IMG/VR virus record: IMGVR_UViG_3300035501_000173
Direction: 5' to 3' (one strand)
DNA from: a virus
Lineage: Duplodnaviria > Heunggongvirae > Uroviricota > Caudoviricetes
DNA: 64,000 bases
A model generated the notes under the pieces. The model was not told where the DNA came from. It was given only the letters and a program-made list of their open reading frames with translations, and made no database searches. Both the position numbers and the translations under genes were made by a program. Shown one piece after another: positions 1 through 12,822 of this stretch; position 1 is the stretch's first letter, and each line of letters starts with the position of its first letter.

Positions 1-3000
1 GATGCTTTTATAGAGATTTTAGAAAAATCAGAAGAGCCTGTAAAAAATGTACAGGCTCTTCTGACTACGTTTATTTAGAAAACATTTAGGACGGAAGAAC
101 TTAATCCTATTAAAGATGAAGTTATTAGGGAGTTTAATTTAAGTAAAAGATCGGATCAAATATCAGATTATAGAGATTTATTTGGTAATGATGCAGTAGC
201 AAATGCTATGGACTCTGTAAATGAGGAAATGGTTAATATTATTGTAGGAAAATATTTAAATCCAGAAGCCTATACTTAGGAAGATGATATTAAATCAAAA
301 ACAGATGAACTAGAGCATAGTTCAGAAAAGAAAGCTATCTTAAAAAATTCTAGTACATTTATCGATGATACTTATGGCGGACAATCATTAGCTAAAATGG
401 ATATGATGCAAAAGTTCCAATCTTTAATTGGAAATAGTACAATGTTCATGAAAGATTCTAATGGTGATGTCATAGAAATTGCTACTGGTAAATAGTTAAG
501 CTAGAATTTATATCGTTTACAACAAGAATTATATTCTGATATTATAAGAGATTTAAAAGAACTTCGAAAGGTAGATTTACCTGAAAATGTTTTTGATGGG
601 TTTGAGTAGGTAAAAGCCATTATGGATCAATACTATAATTGGAATCCTACCATCATTAATAATTCTAGAAGCCGTAACACCGCTCTCTTCCAAAAAAGCT
701 ATAGAACTTTTAATAACTACTTTATATTAAGTCATTTTGATCAACTTCTACAATCTCAATGTCCTGGACTTGTAGATATAGACCAAAGATATTTTGGATA
801 GCTTCGACAAATAGCTGATGGTAAATATTTTGCCCATAATAAGAATGAAAATTTGGGAACTAGTTGGGGAGATGATACAGAATTATCTGATGGTGTTGGG
901 GAGTTAAATCAAAGTATGAAAACCTTCTTAGGTAATCTTTGGTTATTTAGTAAGGATGGTACTAAAACTCGTTTACTCAAAGTACAAGAAATTGCAGATG
1001 CTTGGTGTGATTTAAAGAATCTTGTATTTCACCCAGAACTAAGATAGCTGGATGTTAATGGTAAAATAGTATGGGGATTTGCCAATACAACAGATGGTAG
1101 AAAGTTTATTAAAGAATATCTTACCGATTCTGCTGGAAACGTACTTACAGTACATGACTTAGTAACTGATATGGTAGATGATCCTACTAAATTAGACATG
1201 TTGCTTAAACTAGCTACATCTGATGTATTTGCAAAAAGAATGCAATTACCCATTACTAAACAGTTAATATATAAGTCTATGTACGCTTAGATGTGTGATA
1301 TTAACTTAGGCGCTGGAATATATCCTTAGAAACTTGACCTAGATGGTAATGTCTATCAAGCATTTCATAATAGCAAGGGACGAAATATAATTACAATCAA
1401 TGATAAAACTCCCGGATACTATAACCATCTACGTCAATTTTTAGATAATATTGAACGTATGAATATGAACCAATTACGTATGAAAGATACAGGTGAGTAT
1501 GAAAATGTTCGATTAAGTTAGGGAGCTAAAGACGCAAACACATTATAGTATATAGGTAATATAGCTGCTACATATTCTGCATTATTAGGAAGTAAGCATG
1601 GTTTATACAGTAATGCAGAATCTGATTATTCTAATGAAATTAAATTAGGAACTATAACGATTGATCGTTCGGGATTATCACTGGAGAAACGTAGTGATAA
1701 GTATATTACCTTCACAGATGGTAAAGTTACTTTTAAAGTTGGAAGTAACTTAAAGGTTTCTATTAAATAGAAAAATGGTAACTTTACTAACTTTTCAGAT
1801 TAGTCAACTTTAGCTGATGCCCAATGGGACGTAATTAAAGAAATACTACAAATACAGGACTATCCTAAAGAAGCTTTTATAAACCAAAGCGCTTCTAATC
1901 TTATCACTGCAGAAACTTTGATAAGTCTTGCTGGAAATGTTATGTATAATTATGGAGTATCCAGTATATTACAAAATCGTAATGATCTTGATGATTTTAA
2001 TATTGATGAGGAAGTAAAAGGATATTTTACTACTGAGGGTACTTATAAGTTAACTAAGGATAAGCAAGAATTACAACCATTTAATCCTAAAAATAATACC
2101 AAAATTAATAATCTAATGGATACCATTGACTAGCTCAATGGTAAGATTAGAGATGCTGTTACAAAAGGAGCTGATGGTAAGATGATTAATACTATTACTA
2201 CATCATAGTTGGCTTCTAAAGCTACACAACAATGGCATCGTGATGCTAAACAATTGGGAGATGATTATGCTTGTAAAGATTTCTCTTTACATGATATATA
2301 TAAAGGATTTGAAATAGCTCGTGATGTAAAACAAAACCTTGATAGTAAGAAAGTAATTGAATTTAGTCCTGCTGAAAACTTTGCTTTTGGTTTTATTTCT
2401 GATTATGCAACTCCTATGAATGATACGGATAAAACTATTAGAGTCCTACCATTAATTATTTCAGATAAGGAGCGCATTCTTAAAATAAAACTAGATCTAA
2501 ATAAAAAAGTTTAGTTTAAGAACTCTAAAGGATAGTCTGTAGAAGAACAACTTTGCAACCTAACTTAGGAAGATTTGTACGACTACATTAAATAGCAACT
2601 AGGAGGTTTTTATGAGCATTAGTATAATCAAATAAAAGGGCGTTACGATAGATTAAAAAATTATGTCACCAATCCAGATGGTACTATTAATTTAGCACAA
2701 TCTCAAACCTTTGCAAGTCAAACTGAAAATTAGGATTTAAGAGAAATGCTCATAATGTTAGATGGTAATGATACATCTGGTGTAAATTATAATACTCTAT
2801 TTACTGAAAATGGTATTCTTAATTTTAAAGGAATTAATCAATTAATAGACTAGTTTATTTCAGACCACTCTGATGAAGCTCAAAATTTTGATATAGACGA
2901 AGAGGCTGTAAAGTTAGCAAGAAAATATGATTTAAATTATCCCACTACTTAGCTATTACTTAAAGGGGTTATTAATGAAATTAAATTAGAGGATGATACG

Positions 3001-6000
3001 ACTTTAGAAAGACAAAAGATTATAGACAAAATAATCAAAAGTCGTAATGATGATTTATAGGATCGAGCCATTGAAGCTGCTAAAAATCTAATTAAAGAAT
3101 TACAATTAAGAGCGCAACTTAAAGGTGATTCAATTGATATTGTGGAAAATTCATTCTATAATATTGATAAAGGTCACTTTGTTCCTAATTATGGTTTAGT
3201 TGATCAACTATACCGTTGGGGTAAAATTGATTAGGTTGCGGCAGAAAGTATGTTACCTACTGGATTACTGGCAACTTCACATAGTTATGGTGCAGAAGCT
3301 GGTAAAGAGCATTTGAAATTCTTTAAAGCTAAATCATTCCAAGTTGTATCTGATATACTTCAAGAAAATGGATATATCAACTTATTTGCACCTGATGGCA
3401 AAAGAATTCCTGGAGCATTACGTAAGTTAGGAAACAAGGAAATTGCGGGGACATTAGATGCGAAAAACGGTTTAGGAAAATGGTCACAAGGTGGAAAACT
3501 AGCTTTAGCAGCTATTCGTTATAGAGAACTTTATGAAGGTGGTATTAAAGAGAAAGCACAACAAATTACAGACCTTAATCAATTAAGTGATATAGGACTT
3601 GTTTAGCAAGCTTTTAAATTTATTAAGTATCTTAATTCTTATAAGTACGGTGTTGTAACGGGACTTACGATAGACGAAGCGGCAAAAAGTATTAGTGATA
3701 ACTATTCTACTATGCGGGAATGCTATAGTTTAGATGATTATTTACGTAATCCTAAATTTAGTTTACTGACTTTAGAGAATGCTATTAATGACTACTTTAA
3801 ATGGTAGGATATTGAACGTGGTATAGCTAATTACAATTCTGATAATGGGAATGTAGATATGTATGCTGAGGTTCGCAAAAATGTTTTCGAGAACGATAAA
3901 ATAGAAATCGAGAAACAGTACAATAAGCGAATTGAGGATAGCAATACTAAATATGATAGTAATATTGCCAGCATAGATGAACAAATGGGGCTTATTACTA
4001 GTGTTGAAGAGTCTGAACGATCCGATGCTGAAAAAGAACGTCTTGTCGATTTAATTGCGGAAAAAGAGCAGTTAAAAGAAGCTAAAGCCGAAGCCGAAAA
4101 GAAATTAAAAGAATCACTTAAAGAAACAATTACTAAAGTAACTGACCGTTATAACAAAGTATTAGAGCAAGTTCCTGCTTACATAAAAGCTGTTTAGGCA
4201 AATCCTAATTTTGCCCATACCGCTGAAATAGTAATTAATCCTGATTTGGAAAAGTATAATGCTTTTAGTTTTCTGTATGGTCAAGAATATACTATAGCTA
4301 CAGTAGGAACGCACTTAAACCATCCTGGTATGAAAAATAAGGATGATTTAAAAGCTTTTGAAAGTCTTTCTTGGGCACAGCAAGTAAAACGTAATGTATC
4401 TTTAACCGCTGCTAAACATTTATATTCTTTAAACTCTTTAAATGGTTTTGGAACTTATTGTAAAATTGCACAGATAGTTTCTGAATCTGATGCAGTTTAT
4501 AATCTTACAGGAGCATAGGATGAAATGCTTAATGATGATGGTGCTAACTACACTAATGGTGTTACTCACCGTCTTGAAAATTATTCATTAGGTAGTGACG
4601 CTGTAGGAGTTGATAAAAAGAACTTTTTCCACATGGAAGATGGTGCTTCTGGTACTGGATTTATTGGCAAGAATGCAACTTTCGTAGGTACGAATTTACG
4701 TATCAGAAACTCTAAGGCCTATAGATTATAGAATTTCCAAATGCTTCGAGGAGCTGTAGGTTACTTAAATCCTTACTTAACTAATGGTGGTTTAAATATT
4801 ACAGAAAGCTTTGAAACTTATTACGATAGTAATACTAGAAAGTGGGAGTTCTCTAAAATGAACTACGAGGACTTTGATTATAAAATTCCCACGTCTTATA
4901 AGCCACATATTTAGTATGAAGTTTAGCTTGAGGATGGTTCTTGGACTGCAGCTAATGGGCTATTACAAGGTTATAATGTTCGTGTAATAGGAGATTCTAT
5001 TAAATTTAAGGATGGTTATACAACTTTTAAATTCTCTAATGTATCTTAGATTGATTCTACTGGAGAGGTTAAATCATTGCCTAATGCGGCAAGCTTTAAT
5101 TTTAGAGTTAAATTGGATAATGTACACGATATTTGGGAATTTTTTGGTGGTGCTTATTCTGGAAAAGCTAAAGAACAGGTTATAAATGGAGATTTGATAT
5201 TAACAATGGATGAAAATAGTTATGATGAATCTTCATTTGATTTAACTACATGGGTTGTAAATAATGTAGGAAAACGAAGAGAAGGTGTTGGTATGGATGT
5301 TAAAGTAGAATCACAAACGCAAGTAGACCAATACTTAAAAGATTCTATGATACATTATTTATCTTCCATTGAAACTATTAAATAGGGTTAGAATAAAATC
5401 AATAAGCGTTCTGATATACGAAATGAAAACTATATTCCATTATTTATGGAAATGGATATGCACGATGCAGGAGTGCAATTAAATGCAGAACACCATTCCG
5501 ATGATTCAGTTCTTTCCATGATGACTTAGGTTTTAAATGCCTTAGGAGCTAGAGGTTATACTTCTTAGGAAGCAGATAAAACTTATCAAGCTTTGCAAGG
5601 TCTTACTAATGCTGCATTGTAGGAATACATTGATTATTCAAGAGCTGGTGATTCGCCACAAAAACGTCAACACTTAGAGAATTTCATAGCACATATAATT
5701 GGTGATACTATTCAAGCTAATAGTACTTTAGATGAAGGTACTTTAGCTGGTGCTTTAATGCACCAAGCATAGAAGTTATTAAGTCGTAATAAGAACTTTA
5801 AATTTGAAGAAGTTCGTTAGTACTTACCTATTGATGATCCAGCCTTACTTAGAAATATGATTTCTAAATTAGCTTCTGGGTTAACAAAAAGATGTATTCG
5901 TGTTAAATTCCCAGGGTCTATGGATGTCATGTCCCCGTCAAACTCTATCTATAGATTATATGACGGTAAAATGTTATCCGAGTATAATGGAGATTTAACA

Positions 6001-9000
6001 GCTTTAACAGAAGCTGATAAAAAGGCTCCTATATTAAAACCCCATGAAATAAAAATAGACAGAGTATATCATATAGAAGGTTGTCCCGGAGCTGATAGTA
6101 GAGGTTATATAAAAATTAATTACCCTACCGATTACTGGCAAGTTCGTCGTTTCCTAGCAACTGCGGAAGGGCAAAAAGTAGAAGTCAGAGAAGTTCTTTC
6201 AGAAGGAAGAGAGCTTGCTTCGTTTGGTATAACTTTTGAAGCTATTGACGAAAATGGTCATAGGAATACTTATAATATGTGGGATTTAGCTACAGCTCGA
6301 GATATGTTTATTAAAGACAAGCTCGAATTGGAGAATGGAAATTCCGATTATAAGTAGAATCATGCACAAAGAATGCAAGATTTGCAAAATGCTTTATTTG
6401 CTTTAAGTGATAATCCAAATGTTAAAACCACTTAGGTTATTGATTATGATGCTAATGGTAATGTAATCTATAAAACAGTACGTATTGCAAAGGAAACTGT
6501 TAAGAAACAACCTTATGAAATTATTATGTCTCAGCTTTATAAAACTACTTTTGGTTTAAGGGCTGGGGATTCTATAGGAAATATTATTAATGATAAGTTA
6601 TTCTTCTTTAAGAGAGCTGTTGAGAATTGGGAGAATGATAAGAACAGACTTCCAGAAGAAGCTTATGATGTGCAACTAAAACAAATTAGTGGTAAGCACA
6701 TTAATTTACTATATGATACAGAGTCTAATAATCCTGATGGTTTTGAGGAGTTACAATTTGATCCTTATATTGATTAGCAAGGTACTATATGGCTTACTAA
6801 CAATAAAGGTGATAAAATAATGAAATTGTCTTCTAAAGATGATGTAGTTCTAAGTAATGGTTCTGGTGATATTATTATTAAAACCAAAGATTTAAAATGG
6901 TATTGTGATAATAGTAAATATGTAGACTTAACTATATCTTCTGGGCGTGATGAAAATACTCTACAAGAAATACTTGGTATATTAAGAGAATCTGATAGTA
7001 AGCAATTAAAGAGCCTGTTTAACCGTCTTGATACTTTATGGGAGTCAAGAGATAGGAAAGAAGCTTTTGAAGACAAAACTCCAGAAGAGCAAGCAGAAGA
7101 AAGGGCTAAATTTGACCATAAGTTTATATCTGTAGGACGTTATAATTTTGAAAGCACTAAAAAAGCTTTACATAACTTTTTAAATAATCGTTATATAGAT
7201 GATGAAATAAAGTATGAATTATTGGATTATGCTCTTAATAGTGATAAGGATACTTTTAATGAGGATAAGTTACGTGAAGATGTTGAATCTTACGGATTAC
7301 GTGACAGTATTGCAGACCAACTTATTAAAATGCGTAAAGGTCATATAGGTTCTATCTTTAGAAATTCTAAATATATAGGAACATCTTTCCAAAAATCTTT
7401 GGAAGTACTTGCAGCTCGTATTCCCGCACAATGTATGCAATCCTTTATGTCTATGAAGGTTGCTGGATTTGATACTAGTGGTTTGAATACAGCTTATGTA
7501 AGCCGTTTCTAGACTTGGTTACAAGGTTCTGACTACGATATAGACAAGGTTTCATTGCTTGGATTTAAATTTAGAAATGGGCACTTCATTACGTGGTCAA
7601 ATTTCATGGATTTAACTTCTACAGCAACTCTTAAAGCTTCTGAAGAACTTTCTTATCCTACTAACCTAGCTGCAGAGGTTCTTGAAAATGATGCTATTAA
7701 TAAAACAAGCCTAAATGAGGATGCTCTTGAAAATGTTAGACTTGATACTAGTATTGATAAAGAAAACCGAGAAGGGGTTAGAACTTTATATGTTCAAGTA
7801 GGAGCAGAAGAAGTACCTTTATTAGAAGTACGTGATGCCTTTAAATAGAATAAAATTAAAGAGTTTACTGATACTTATAATGATATTAAATCTGAATATG
7901 ACGATATAAGTATAGAGAAGGGTGATGCAGAAGCAAAAACTTACTTAAAAAGTAAATATAAAGAAGTACTTGGTTAGGAAGCAGGTCGAAAATAGGTTAA
8001 AACTCTACTTAAAGAGTTAGAAGACCATTATAAGTTCGTAGGGCAAAAGGAATAGGTAAAAGAAAATAAAAAAGCTGGAATTTTCACAATAAATCCTATA
8101 GCAGATGCTGAAACTCTTGCTAATTACGAAACTCAAATTCAAAGAGTTGTTTATGGAGTTATCCCAACTGGTGGTGTAGTATCTATAAATGGTGCTGATA
8201 GTACAGTTATTAATGATATGTTAGTAAAGTATGGCTTTTCTCTTAACCAAAACGTACTAACATAGACTGGTGAGAATGTTTCTGTAGCTAAAGACTTCTA
8301 TGATTATATTACACGTGAGGATTAGATTGCAGGAATTCCTGTCAGTGAGAATTTGGATTCTAGAATTATTATTAAAAATGAATCTGGTTACACCCTTAAC
8401 TACTATCCTGGAGAATTTGCGGATGAGAAAGTACAAGTTGCTAAAATTAAAGCCCTTGCTAAATTTATTGATGCTGTAAATAAATTTGGTGGTATTCCTA
8501 AACTATCTATTACGGAAGATTTAGACGAAGAAACTAAAGAAGCTTATGAGGAACATAATAATGCTTTATAGCAATTGATGGATGAAATCAATGAGCATAA
8601 CTTGTATTTAAAAGATGGCAAAGACTATAGTCAAGATGCTCTTTTAAACTTCGTATCTTCTAATATGTATAATGTGGGCACAAACCCTAGTAACCTTATC
8701 TAGGGTACACAATCCGTAGATGCTAAAGATGGTTCTGTAAATAGAATTAAAAAATTAGCTAACGAGGGCGACTACAAAACTAAGCTTAAACGCTATGATC
8801 CAGGTTCTATTACTAGCTTATGGAATATGGAAGCTTTAACTATTGGTGGTAAAAAGAATACTGGTATTGTTGCTGCCAATCTAAAAGTATTTGAAGGATT
8901 AACTCAATATACTAACATGCTTCTTAATGAGGGTACTCATGAAGAGTTACAAGACTTGCTTGCACATCGTAATATTGCTGGAAAGGATATTCATTTACTT

Positions 9001-11733
9001 GCAAATGTTTACCAGCAGAATAAACATAATTTCACTACTCGTGAAATTTAGGAAGCTCTTGATGCTGTTGACCAAACTCTCGATGCTTACTTGGAATATT
9101 CTGGATTCTTGTCATTGTCTACCGACAATGCTAAAGACCCTACACTTGCCAAAATTAACGCTGGTGAGAAATTATTAGGTTTATACTTATGTGGTGTAGC
9201 AGTAGGTATTGATGTTCCCAGCTTAGTTAAAATATTAACATCTAAAGCAGCCGCAGAATCTGTAAAATTATTAACTAGTAATATGTTTAATAATGCACAA
9301 GGATTCTTTGATGTTAATGCTTTAGATCGGTATCTAGCATCTGGCCCAATTTAGGTGGTAGATGAGTTTAATGTTAGTATGCTTAACTAGCCAGTTCTTA
9401 AAGCATGGATAATAAGTGTTTGGAATAGAGAACACAAAAAGGCAGATTCCCAATTAAGTGCTAGTAGTAAAATAGGTAGAAAACACCTTTCTCATGCCAT
9501 ACAAAAGGATGGATGGCAAAAGTTTAATGACGCTTTAGTAGATTCTCTTAAAAATATTACAAAGGAAGTACATAAAGGTGATGATGCTTTAGAGGTAGCT
9601 GAATAGTTAGAAAATGGTAATCAAAATAATGATTCATCAGAAGTAAAGGAAGAGAGTGCAACTACTGAAAAAGCAAAAGAGAATCTTTGGGCTGTTTACA
9701 ATCTTCTGAAAAAGGTTCAAACTTAGGTAAGAGATTTTGCTAAATCCTAGGAAACTATTAAAGATTGTTGGGTATAGTTACCTAATGGTAGATGGGTTCA
9801 AGCTTGGAGTCAAATTAGACGTTTAAATTAGGTAGCAAATGAATTTAAAAGATTCTCTCAAGTAGCTAAATTAAATTAGCAACTTCCTAATGCTATGGAT
9901 GAGCAACTTGCTTGGATTCGTAAATTTGAAAAAGGTATTGCATCACGAATTTCTGAAATAAGTAAGTAGGAGTTGGACAATCACCCCGAAATGTAGCAAG
10001 CTATAGACGAATTAGAATAGCTAAATAAAGAGTTATATGCTTAGATGATGCAATAGGGAATACTTTCAGGAGAATAGTTTGACCGTTTGAAATATTCCGT
10101 AAGTTTGAGTAAATTTGTAAATGATGCAGAATACCAAAAAAAGATATGTAGTATCTATGGTAAGTTAAAGTATGTTGTAAATGTTTATGATGCAATGGCT
10201 AAACTTCCACATTACTTAGGATATGCTAGAACTCTTGCAGCACTTAGTGAAACTATGGGAGAAACATCTAAAATATACCAAACTGTAAATTACATTTCTC
10301 AAAATGTTATAAAGAGTCTTGGTGATGAATAGCATCGTAAGAAAGAACTTACTCGTTTAATAGACTGGGTTAATGATTGTCTTACTAATGATTTCTTGTT
10401 AAATCGAGGAACTAATCTTACAATTAAGTCTGGATCTAAGTATTATGAAAAAAGTTATGGTCTTACTACTGGTATAGACCCTACTTTAAAAACAGTTGGT
10501 GAGGGTGCTACTTCCACCATACAATTAGGAACTTTGGAAGGCAATATGTCATTTAAATATATAATGGAAAATGAAGTATTGCCGGATTTAAAAGAGAAGT
10601 ATCCTGCATTTGATTTAATAAGAGACTTAAATCAAATTAAGTTTGATAAAACTAATGATAGAAATACATTAGTAAAAATGGCAACTAAGTCTACTATGCT
10701 TCCTAGATCTGAACAAGAAATACAAACTTTAGCTAAGTACAAGGAAGATCTCATAACTTTATCTAATATTAGGTTATCTCAATTTAACGGAGAAATTAAT
10801 TTAGTAGATGCTTTATTTGCTTACAATTTAATTGTAAATAAAGGTAAGGTATCTGGAAATTCTCTTACTAATTTGTTTGAGGATTATGCAATGAGTTAGG
10901 GTAAGTAGTAGACTGATGGGTAGCCTTCTGCTTTTATAGAAGATTATTATAATTCAAGACGAGTTCCAAACGAAAGCTTACTTGAAGAATTAGCATTTTC
11001 TGATAACTAGGTACAGAACTTCTTAATGGCTACAGCATAGTATGATCCTACTTATAAATCTAAAGCAGAGTATATCTACATACGAAATCCTTTTACTAGA
11101 TAGTATGTACTAGCTCAGAAAATAAACAAAGAGGAGATTAGAGCGCAATACACTGATGAGGATTTAGGTGTAGAAGATTACGGAATTGATGATGTTGCCG
11201 AAGATTATATTAATGAGGATTATTCTGATTATGATGACGATGATTACGAAGGTTCAGACTCATCAAATTATAAGAATCAGCGTGCTTGGGAGGCAGGAGT
11301 TGAAGTATAGGGTTATAAAATACTTGGAGTTTCTTCTACTGTGGACGCTTTTAATAATTTTGCAACAGCAATTTATGGAAAGTAGGAAGTCGAAAAAGTC
11401 TTTGATAATATAGAAATTAGTGAGGATGGTAAATAGATAAAATCTATTACTTATAAGTCTGGTGATGATCCAGACGCTCGCACTCTTACGTATGATGATT
11501 TATTTGAAGGTACTTCGGATATAAGATCTGAAAGACGTAAAGCCTTAGAAAAGGAATTAGGAATCAAAGCAAAAGATACTCCAGAATCTAAGCTAGAAAA
11601 AGTACTTATTAATTTTGGTTTAGTAACTAAAGATGCTGATGGTAACATACAACTAGTTTAGAATACTAATGCAAACCCTACAGTAACTTTAGGAGATGTT
11701 ATAAAAATGATTAAAACAGGTAAACCATGCTAA
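1..11733 (+). CDS. Giant protein, 5'-partial in window (>3,900 aa). It is translated with TAG as a sense codon (likely Gln) and ends at TAA 11731-11733. Function unknown; plausibly a virion, cargo or tail-associated protein.
   Basis: Frame 1 is open from nt 1 to 11733 with no TAA or TGA but about 80-100 in-frame TAG codons. All track ORFs 853..10899 lie in this same frame (start mod 3 = 1). The translation is coherent and protein-like across the TAG positions. No canonical RNA polymerase DxDGD motif was seen by eye. Confidence 0.7.
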
Positions 11734-11734
11734 T

Positions 11735-12820
11735 ATGGCAGGATGTATGAATAAAAATGATAGAGGATACCAGTCGTTAAGTAGAATGGCTGGTATCCCT
11801 TCTATGGTATTAGACGTTTATTGTCAAAAGTATTTAGATTCATTTAATAGATTACCTAACTTAGATGAATTACCCCTTGTGGATTCATCTAAGCATTTAA
11901 ATGAATCTTTAAAAACAAAATAGATTGGAGATTCAAGTTTTGCTAGTAATGAAGCTATACAAAAAACTACAGGAGCACAGTCCTTAGGAGAAGCGCAAGT
12001 AAAGCTTAATAATACGTATAGAGATTTACAAGTAAACTTAGTGGAAGTTACAGATAAATCATCTTTACTTGAAGTATAGCATAGACCTAGTGTATTTAAA
12101 GAACTTAATCAAGAATATACAGGGGAAAATTTTGATGTTCAATCTGATACTGACAAACGTGTAGTTCTGCGAAATATGCTTGGTAAACTAAAAGATTTTT
12201 ATGGCATTAAAATTAATGAAGTTACGTCTAAACAATTATGTGAAGGTGACTTTGCTAATATAATACCAGATGCTAAAACCGCTAAAGCCTTTATTTATAA
12301 TAACGAAATATATATAAATACGGATATTGCAGATATAGATGCACCTATACATGAATTAATGCACATATTTTTAGGTGGTATGCGCTATACTAATCCGACT
12401 ATATATTTTAATTTAGTGTCTAAAGCATAGCAGTTTAAGAATTTACAAAGTCTAAGTAAGGTATATCAAGATAGAACTCAATCTGATTTTTTAGAAGAAG
12501 CTTTTGTTTCAGAGTTTTCTAAGCTTTGCGCTGGTATGCACAGTGAATTTGATTCTTGGTCTGCTGAGGATCTTAACCCGTTATTATATGAAGTCCGTAG
12601 AAATATGGACTCAGCTTTAATGGGTAATAAAAGTGTTAATAGTATTGATCCTAATGAACTTTTTAAAGCAAGTTTCTTAGATATTGCTATGCGCACAAAA
12701 TCTCCTGAATTAAATAGAAGCGATTTTAGTATTCTAAATCTCGCTGAATTACATAGACAGAATGCGAATATTAAATCTAAGATGCTAAAAGATGGTGACT
12801 TAGTTGAAAAATGTGATTAA
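11735..12820 (+). CDS. 361-aa protein with an HExxH zincin-like motif (…DAPIHELMHIFLGG…). It carries 3 in-frame TAG codons and a TAA stop. Possible metallopeptidase.
   Basis: The ATG lies 1 nt after the gene-1 stop. Track ORFs 11735, 12176 and 12536 share a frame and are separated only by TAG. The HELMH motif was seen in the translation. Confidence 0.55.
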
Positions 12821-12822
12821 GT

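Noticed and set aside
11186-11413. Frame-2 ORF (75 aa) and similar off-frame plus-strand ORFs such as 8927-9178, 13112-13339 and 15794-15976.
   Set aside because: They lie inside the long frame-1 genes and have low-complexity, Ile- and Leu-rich translations typical of AT-rich shadow frames.
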